From: Paraspadella gotoi | Taxonomy: Eukaryota; Animalia; Chaetognatha | Reading direction: 5' to 3' | Length of the DNA: 64,000 nt | Assembly (NCBI GenBank): GCA_051294375.1 | Contig: CM119266.1 | Span: 25,654,161 to 25,718,160 of the forward strand | Part shown: one piece after another, positions 12,281 to 20,795 of the stretch | Layout: each line of letters begins with the position of its first letter | How positions within the stretch are numbered: the stretch's first letter is position 1 | The notes under the pieces: generated by a model | What the model was told of the DNA's origin: nothing | Seen by the model: the letters and a program-made list of their open reading frames with translations, nothing else | The model's database searches: none | Translations under genes and position numbers: made by a program

Positions 12281-12974
12281 CCCCAAGTCACAACGTATCG
12301 CGTTGCGTGCGAAAAGGCGAGCGGCCACCGACAAGCCGTGACAATGCTCTCTTCTTCAGCTCATGAAAAGTTTTATACTGGCTGAAGGACAAAGAGAAAA
12401 ATGAAAAAACTATATTCAAAAAAATTAGAGGTTTGGACGCAAAAGGCGGCCAGCGTGTTTTTGAATTTAAAACAAAAAAAGAGAAACAGACTCACTTTCT
12501 TAAAACATGAGAATTTAATGCGATTAATGAATTAATGCTTAATTACTTGTGGTGGGTGCTATGGAAAGGTTTAACGTCACTTTAAAGAAAGACAGATTTC
12601 CACGGAATGGAGACAGTTTAAATTTTACGAGTCTTACGAAGTTACGGCTTTTAATTTACATGCAACTGCTATTTGGTTGGTATCTGGTTAATTGGTTATG
12701 AACTGTGGTGATTATGTTTTAATTATTATTATCATTATGGGAGTGGGGAATGTTTTCTCTTAATTATTACTTAGGCAGCCCGTTTTTTTGCAAATACAAC
12801 TTGCTTGAAAAACTGTTATTTTGAACTTTATTTATAGTCAGTTTGGATTTAGTTTCAGTTATTTCACCAAACTGATGAAACATGTTATTGCCTCCCCCGA
12901 GCGAAAACGGGTGGAAGAGGAAGGAGAAGTTCAACGTGAGTTTTCTCCGGAGTCAAGCGCACGACAGTCACGAA

Positions 12975-13310
12975 GGTGCTTGCAATAGATTGACGAAGTT
13001 ATGAGTGCTTGCAGACGACGAAGTATGAGGGCTGGCAGACGACGACATTACGAGGTCTGCAGGACGACAAAGTTACGAGTGTGCTGCAGACGAAGACGTT
13101 ATGACGGTTCTGCAGCACGAAAGACCGTTACGAGGAGCTGCTGCAGACGAAGCGTTACGATGGGATTGCTGCAGACGAAGCCGCTTACGAGGTGCTGCAG
13201 ATTGAAGACGCTACGAGGTTGGTTTGCAGACGACGACTTACGAAGGGTGCTCAGATTGGCGACGTTACCCAAGGTTTGCAGATTTCAAGGCATTGAGAAG
13301 ATTGCAGCAG
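12975..13310 (+). repeat. ~24-bp tandem array, ~12 copies (consensus approx. GCTGCAGACGAAGACGTTACGAGG), upstream of the element 1 3' LTR
   Basis: Repeated tgcagacga(c/a)ga.gttacgagg units readable through the noise. Confidence 0.85.
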
Positions 13311-13449
13311 CATGGAATCAGGATGCTGCCTAGAGACCAAATGTGCGGACGTAGACGCAGATGCAGCCGGGGAATCTCGGGTCAGTTTCACGACGTGCAT
13401 TGCCAGCGCTGAAGCATTCGTGCCACTAATGACAAATGTGCGGCAAATT

Positions 13450-13853
13450 ATGGGACATATAGAAGGAGAAAAGGACGCCCGCGGCGATGCAGGCGCTCGC
13501 TGGGCCACCCGCACATGGGCCCGTGCGCCCGGACCCGCTTAGCGTCGGGACGAGCCGAGACCTTTAAAGGCGAAACCGAGCGCTAAGGAATCCGGCGCGT
13601 AGGATTTAGAGACGCGGCCTAGGTGCCAGAAGAACGAGCCTGAACGAAATTTTGAATTATTTTTCCTTTCTTTAATAATTTTATTGCGAAATTATGTCAC
13701 TTAGACTATGGGAAGGCCTTAAAGATCTGTACTATTTCTTACTTACTATCCTCCTTTTACTTGTTTGACATAATGCTAATAATACTCTGCTGAACGTAGT
13801 AAAGTTGTCGCCTGATAGGAACGCACAGGAGGAGTACCCTATTACTAAGTGAT
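13450..13853 (+). repeat. Element 1 right long direct repeat (3' LTR)
   Basis: Homologous to 9238-9661; followed directly by host flank (ggggaaaaaagaaagtttggcgaat) that continues the empty allele. Confidence 0.8.
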
Positions 13854-14851
13854 ATGATGGGGAAAAAAGAAAGTTTGGCGAATATTCTGGACGAAACACT
13901 GAGGGATGGGAGACGAGAGGAAAAGAAGGAGAAATATGAAATCGATGAATCGTTGGCAGGAGAATGAAATCGGTTACAAGAGAAAAAAAAAAAGACGACT
14001 GAATAAGGAATGTAATGAGTAGGTTGGTTTCTTGAGACTGCGTTCGTCAATCGTTATCGTACCGTCATCTTCCGTTGTCATCTATCGCAGAATCAAATAA
14101 TGTGAGTCAATCGTTTCGACATTGAGAAAAGTTTCAATTGAATCGTCGTCACCCTTTGTCAACGTTACGTCATTAATACTTGGGTCAATTAGAAAAAAAA
14201 GGGTTCCGTAAGCGTCGGAGACGTAAGCCCTTGTTTTTTTGGTCACCCATCTCGGTAATGCCCAAAAGTCACAGCGACATTCTACTGAGTTCAACGTCAT
14301 GTCACCTTTTGTCGGCGTCTCTTGGGTCACCGCTGTCATTGTTTTTCGTCGCCCGCCGCCGTCGTGGTCCTCGTCGTCGTCATCAGGTTCTGCAAAGGAC
14401 GCTAATGGATTGGACGTTTGCCTCGTGAGAAAAAGTATGAAAACGCCATGAGGCTTTGAAGGAAAAACTGTCAGATGTCGTATGTGAAGTCGTCGTTTGT
14501 TTTTGTCCGGCATCGTCGTCTGTTTTCGTCGGAGGTTGTCTCGTGTCTTCGTCAGACTCTCCTGCCGTTATTTTTAAAAAAAAATATTAGAAACGATTAA
14601 AATATTTTTTTGATTATCAAAAATTTAGTCCGTAAGTATGAGGGCGACGAAAACGTCTATCGTTTGAGGAATTATTGTTGATTATTATTGATTGAATTTA
14701 TTTCCCGTCAGGCGACCAAGGCGCCATCAAATACTCGTTACTCTTCGAAATTCCTCTTCGTTTTCGTTTTCGTTCGTCGTCGGTCGCCATCACCGTCAAA
14801 CGTTGCGCTATCAATTCTTCATCATCATCATCATCAGATCATCATCATCAT

Positions 14852-15282
14852 TATTAAGTACAGTAAGTGCAACAGGCCTCAGCCTAACATTTCTATCTCC
14901 ATGAAGCCCGTGATCATACACGAATTGATGTATTTTGTTGTAAGATGTGTGAGAGATTGTCGTGAAGATGGTGAAATTGCGTGTTAAGATCCCTCAAAGC
15001 AAATAGTAATGCTTCATGTCATATATAATCATAATTCATTGCATAGTAATAACATACGTAAGTAGGCTCCATCGGAGAGTGTAGAAAAAACCGATGTTCA
15101 TCTCTCGTTCATCTTCGGTTCATCTCTCGTTCATCTTCTCCCGTCAGCGGGCGATCCCCTGGGCGTTCATTAGGACTGTACTGAGGCTTTTCTTAATCCA
15201 TAGTTATCGTATTCAACAAAAGATCAGTGTTTATACGTCAGACGCCAAGTATCATCGCGCGCGTACGATCTCTACTTAAACA
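14852..15282 (-). repeat. Element 2 3' LTR
   Basis: Collinear with 20350-20795 from attaagtacagtaagtgcaacag to cgcgcgcgtacgat...cttaa(a)ca; contains 4 copies of GTTCATCTCTC at ~15096-15140. Confidence 0.9.
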
Positions 15283-15291
15283 CTCCCACCT
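15283..15291 (-). promoter_or_regulatory. Polypurine tract of element 2
   Basis: Minus strand reads AGGTGGGAG immediately before TGTTTAAG, the first bases of the 3' LTR; fixes the orientation as minus. Confidence 0.6.
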
Positions 15292-15313
15292 GTACGTGAA
15301 ACGGACAATACAA

Positions 15314-18300
15314 TTACAAGAGAGATCTTGCGCACCGCTGGACTTTCGCACCTGTGGCCGTTTTAGACTTTGCGGTACTGCCAAACTGGATTCTATCCCC
15401 CCTCTTGAAAGAGTCACTGGCCCCTCTTGACGATCCCATTGAGAGGTACCCACCCGGTGTAAGGTCAGCTGTATCCCATCTCCCACCATGGCGTACCTCC
15501 CCGGGAACGTCCGTTGCATGTAACGCCCGTTGATCTCTTGACTGATACCCGTGATAGCCGCCGCAAGCGTCGCGCCCTTGACGACGCCCGAACCGGGACT
15601 CTATGCCCTCTTTGGTCCTCTCGCGCCGCGGGCGTCTCTCCTCGAACGAACACTCGAACGGCGCGGCGCCGCATCTCCGATGACCTTCTTTTGAGACGGC
15701 GGCGTGTCCAAATAGCCGCCGCCCGGCTCCGTCTCCTTGACGAAGGCCTCGAACGGCGGCTCTGCAGCCTTCGTGACGCTCTCCACAGTTGACGCCCAGT
15801 TCTAGACGCCCGCCGACGGTCGCCGCCTTGGACGTTCGTCTCGGAACGGCGCACTTCGCTCCGGTTCCCTTGACTTCATTTTTCCTTTTCTCTGATTCAG
15901 ATTTGTCGTTGCAGGCTTTGGGCATGTCGCAAGTTTGTTGTGCCATGCCACAAGTTAGTTGTGCATGATTTTGACTTCGTGCACTTGAAACACGACGACG
16001 TTTGAAAGTTTCGTCTTTTCTCGGAATTTCCTCCCACCTCTTGTTTTTACAAGATTAATCAAGTTTGTTTAGTAATTAAACACTGGTTTATAGAGGAACA
16101 GAAAAGAACGGTGCTGATACAGAATTTAACAAATTAATATGTACATTTGTTGCGGTTTTGTAATGGTTTGTACGTTACGCTTTACTCCGGTTCCCCCTCT
16201 GTTGCTAGAGCAACCTTGACTTCCTCTCATTCCTCGCTCTCAAATTTCACAATTTTTAAATATTATCTTAAAAATGTTTTTCCGTTGTTCGTTTTTGAGT
16301 GTTATTTTCGTGAAAATAGTTTATAGTATCAAGTGTTTATTTATTTTTGACCTTCTCTATTATAAATTGCTGGGGCCACGCCAATAAGAGATAAACCAAA
16401 TCTAATATAATTGCATCTGTCTTCTCATGTCTCTTCATTTTAAAAGCTCAAGCTGGTATCCACAAACTTTTAATCAAGAATAATATTTAATTTGGCTATT
16501 GCGACAACAACCCACTTGTCGTTCGTCATCGTGGTCTCTCTGTGAGCCGCGTTAGAAGACGATCTTTCTTTTCCTCTCACTGAAGGTCCTGCTCAAGCTC
16601 AATGTTCATGGCTTAGCTACAATCAACCTCGTGAATTTTTACAATTATTCCCAGCAGTTTTCCTTTCACTCCAGCAATATTTTTTTGGCCTCAACATCTT
16701 TCTCCTCTTGAATGTAGTCCTCAAACAAAATTTTAGTTTCCACCTACAAGTGTTTTAATGCACCTTCCTAAGGTATCAAAACCTTTGTCAGCTGCTACCA
16801 AGCAGCAAGTTGGTAGGAGACCTTCTGTCCTAATCCACCGCTCACAGAAAACAAATTCAAACCCCGTTTTCTCGTTCTTTCTTCTTTCCCTTTTAGTACG
16901 TGGAGCATTACGTAAACAAATATTGGCCAATATTAGCGAAATTGTTAATTAATATGAGACCCGAGCTTGCCCGAATTTGTTTGAAAAAAAAAAAAATTAT
17001 TGAGCATCACGAATCTTTCTTCCTTGGTATTAACGACTAAACTGAATAAGACCCGCAATGTTTATTTTTCGTCCAAACACATTGAATTTTCTTCCTTCTT
17101 TATCCTTACTATTTACTACAACGAACACTGTGATCAAACCATGAGGAATTGACGAGTTTTGTGATAATTCGTGACCAAAAGCCGATAGTGTCAAACGAAC
17201 CATAAATCCATATGACATTTCCCCGTTCTTATCTGAATATCTCCCTTCCAATTTTCATGAGAAAAGAATTATTTTTTTAGACCTTAGAAATTGTAAAGCA
17301 AGCGGGTGGAGGCTCCCCGGACCCACTTTTTACACGCTACGGAAACCTTGCGTACTGAGTAGACTTGAGCAATTCATGGTCAGAGCAGAACATCCAGCAC
17401 AGGCCTTGGCATTTTGACAGCTGTAAACCTTAGGCTCAAACAGAATAGACCCGTGAAGAATCTGATTGTCAGACGATGCGTTTTTTCAGAATAAGAGAAG
17501 AGTAAGGGGTGGCTCGCTTAAAATGAAACTCCAAATGAATGTAAAGAAGTTGATATAAATTTAGGCAAGCTCCATCATATGTGCGGGCAACTCTCATTTT
17601 GCAAACTTTCTTCTCCAAATGGCCTCGAATTAACGAACCAGCGATGTGGAGAACAAAGATTGGCTTTTTTCCTCAACCCCCTCAGACCTCTCTTGCCAAT
17701 TGGGTCTACTTGATCACAGAAGGTTGGATCGACCTTGCGCGACCATTTTCCCCCTTTAACGGACACTTCTTTAGTCACTTCTCCAGCAAGCTCTTCTGCC
17801 TGCAGCTTTTCTCCCAACAAGCTTTCTTCCGTACACTCGCACAGCAACATTTTTCCGCAACGCTTTTCCGCAGCTTTTTGCCGCCTTTTCCGAAATCTCT
17901 TTGCCGCAACCTTTTCCTCTGTAAACTTTAGTGGGGTTCCGCACTTTTATTTCCAACAACTTTTTTCCGCAACCATCTTCAGCAACTTTTTTCGCCGCTT
18001 TTTCCGCAACTCTTCTCATCTCCTACAAAACTTTTGTTTCCGTAACTAGTTTTCCGCAAACTAGTTTCCGTTAACTTCTTTTCCCGAAACTCTTTTTCCG
18101 CGAACTTCTTCTAGCTATCTCTTCGTTCAGCAGCAACCTCTTCAGTCAGAAAAAAAATTCCACAGCAGATGCCTTTTTTCATCAGTACCTATTCCTCCTG
18201 CGTAATTCTTTAGCCAGAAACTTCTAACATCAGTCTAACCTTTTCTACAGGCAACTTTTTCTCGCAGCAGCTTCTCTGCAAGCAGGGTTTTCTCTTCGTC

Positions 18301-19155
18301 AGTGACTTCTTCTTCGAGCAACTTTTTTTTGCGAAGGCAACTCTTTCATGTAGCAATATTTTTTGTCCTAGCAAGTTTCTTCCATAGACCTCTTCTGCCA
18401 GCAACTCCCCAAGCAGCATCGCTTCGTACAGCGACTTTTTCCTCAACAATTCTCCGCTCAGTGCGACTTCCTTTTGCAACGGTAATTAAAACGGGGTGTT
18501 TCTCACGACAAACATTTCGCTTCAGAGGCCGAGGTGATGGCGGCGGCGGATTGGTTGAGACGTACATAAGTGACGAGGCCGGCTCTGCCGGCGGTTCGTT
18601 GGATTTCGCGACTTACTTTCTCCACGAAAATTTCCGTTTAAAGCTTCTTGTTACTATTTCCTCCTCGAAATACTTTTCCTCCCTTTCTCTTCCTCGTCTC
18701 ACCGTGGTACAGATTAGACTTTCGTCCCGTCAGTCCTCGGCGGAGGGTTCCACCGATCGCGGGGCGGCTCGGCAGGGCCCGACCGGCATTATTCTCATTG
18801 CTCGCCTTTTTCTCCGTATGTCTTCTCGGTACTTTGATGACTTTCCTTCGAGAGTGGGGGCCCCCTTTAGGGTGTTTTCCTGTTTATCTCTGATACTGCC
18901 TCGTTATACGATTATACATCTCTCTCACCGCTTTTATTTTCTTTTTTCAATAGCTCTCAATCTGACATTCGTAAGTTTACGACTTCTTCTTTTCATTTCT
19001 TCCAATCTCTCTCAACTTAGCTTTCATTTTAGCGCCTCCAACGCCTCTTCTTTTTAATTTTTTTTCATTCCTCTCTTTCTAATCGTCCCTTTTTATCTAT
19101 CTTTCTCTTCTCTCCTTTTCAAATTCGCTAATTGTTCTTCGGTCACTCTCTCCAT
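15314..19155 (-). pseudogene. Long Gag-like reading frame of element 2, broken by indels that are probably read errors
   Basis: From ~19155 a K/E/R-rich coiled-coil-like stretch (MERVTEEQLANLKRREEK...EEALEALK...RLEEMKRR); VAEK-type repeats at 17820-18480; helical-looking segments (LFEDYIQEEKDVEAKKILLE ~16670-16730); CFKCTKSNHAQLTC at 15950-15992 after removing one A, in frame with ORF 15314-15946. Confidence 0.55.
17820..18480 (-). repeat. Degenerate 12-bp coding-type repeat (GTTGCGGAAAAA, Val-Ala-Glu-Lys) inside element 2
   Basis: Plus strand shows many ttttccgcaac / gcaacttttt units; ORF fragments read VAEKAAKKVAED and IVEEKVAV. Confidence 0.7.
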
Positions 19156-20349
19156 AGAGTCGAGGATTGACCAACCTTTGCCCTGATCTGTCTCTTTGGA
19201 TCGACTCGAGAGGGACTTTGTTACGACGTGCCCTCCCTCTCCTGGCGCACGAGATCGGACACGGACGCCTTGAGGCTCACAAACTGCGCGTCGCCGCGGA
19301 TGACGCCGATGAAGTAGACTTTTGGCGAGTGCATACCGTCGGAACAGGATAGTATGCGACCCAGTATGCTCGACGCGTACGCTCGACGTGACGTTCAGGC
19401 AAATTCATGAACGAGGGGTTCTGAGATCGACAGGGCTGGGTCTCGGGTTAGCTGTGGGGGGAAAGCGGAACGGGCGCAAAATTGACCAGTACCCTCAACG
19501 CTTTCATTCTTCCTCATCAGATTCCTCAACACCTCGTTTTCTACTGACGCCTTCTATAACTCCTCCATCACGATACAATAACGCGGACAAAGCCCCTTAA
19601 TAACGCGCCCCGGAGATTTTACAAGACCCTATCTATCTAATATAATTAACTTTACATGCTCGCTTTGACTCAGGTCTTCCTACTAGAATGACTGCCAGCG
19701 CGTGTCTGGTGTTCTTCACCAACAAATTTGTGCGCAGATCAGTCGAACAGTCTTCGCGATCGAGTTCACCCGGACGCCCTTCGGACACTGTCGGGTTCGG
19801 CCTGGACCTGGCTCGAGAAAATTTTTGGCTTTTATTGTACAAATTTTTTCACAATTTGGTTTAGTTCGTATTGTGATTATAATCCCTTAAATAACCGTCT
19901 TAACTCCTTCCTCTCATTTTGATATTGAACTGTTCATTAAATAAATCTTTTGGATTATGGCCAAAGTTTCATCGTCGCATCTGAGACCGATGGCATTTTT
20001 TTCAACCAACCTCACCTTGGCCGACTGGGTCCTCGGCTCCAGCCCGCGTTCTTTACGGCCCCCCGATCACAAAAGATCCCGGCCCAATCGTTTTTAATGA
20101 GCGAAAAAAGATCGGCCTCTCCCCGCATGGTGCCCTTATCGATGGCTTCCCACTTTCTTCCGATATTCCTCAAACTTTCACAATAATTAGAACGTGATCA
20201 AGGTTATGATTTCTATTTGGACCCAAAACTCTGGAAGCCAAACAAGTCCTTCCAAGTCCCAGGCCTGCTCGGCTCAATTTTACGATTCTTAATTAGTTGT
20301 AGATTTAGATAGAATCCCCGTAGCGAGGTACAGATTAAGATCTTAAGTA

Positions 20350-20795
20350 TCATTAAGTACAGTAAGTGCAACAGCCTCAGGTAAAACTTTTCTACTGCGC
20401 TCCTAAATGAAAGCCCTGATCTATAAACGAATTGACTGTATTTTGTTAGTAAGATGTTGTGTGAAGATTGGTTGAATTGGTGTTAAGATCCTTTCTCAAA
20501 GCGCAAATAGATAGTTAATTCATGTCAAATAATCATAATTCATTGCCAAGTAATACACATACTAAGTAGGCTCCATCCGGGGCGGAGTGTAGAAAAAACC
20601 GATGTTTCATCTCTCGTTCATCTTCTCGTTTCATCTCTCGTTCATTCCTCGTCGTCAGCGGCGCGCATCCTGAGACGTTCACTTAGAACCTGTACTGAGC
20701 TTTCTATTCCATAGTTACGTATTCAACAAAAGATCATATGGATAGATTATACGTTCGACGCCAAGTATCGCGCGCGTACGATATCTCTCTTAACA
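20350..20795 (-). repeat. Element 2 5' LTR
   Basis: Direct repeat of 14852-15282; minus strand starts TGTTAAGAGAG; flanked outside by a noisy (CAT)n tract. Confidence 0.9.

Larger units (their letters stand above)
9238..13853 (+). mobile_element. LTR retrotransposon 1: internally deleted, non-autonomous Ty3/Gypsy-like element
   Basis: ~400-bp direct repeats at both ends; whole segment absent from the inverted clean copy (empty site ttcgatctga|gggaaaaaaag at ~25553); tRNA-Ser-type PBS at 9749; degraded gag, protease and RT-start motifs on +. Confidence 0.8.
14852..20795 (-). mobile_element. LTR retrotransposon 2: Gag-only, pol-less element of ~5.9 kb
   Basis: ~430-445-bp direct repeats with minus-strand termini TGTTAAG...CTTAATA; purine tract abutting the 3' LTR; absent from the clean copy, where an uninterrupted (GAT)n lies at 24457-24525; CCHC knuckle on minus. 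Confidence 0.85.

Noticed and set aside
12975-13310. CRISPR-like array
   Set aside because: Units are contiguous with no unique spacers, no cas genes, eukaryotic context. The 17-bp and leader arrays are rejected for the same reasons.
18302-19057. 251-aa plus-strand ORF, the longest in the ORF track
   Set aside because: Antisense shadow of the K/E-rich minus-strand frame of element 2; F/S/L-rich with no domain character.
20310-20332. PBS of element 2 (minus TGTACCTCGCTACGGGGATTC, loosely tRNA-Asp-like)
   Set aside because: Lacks a clean TGG and needs several edits; not assignable from a noisy read.
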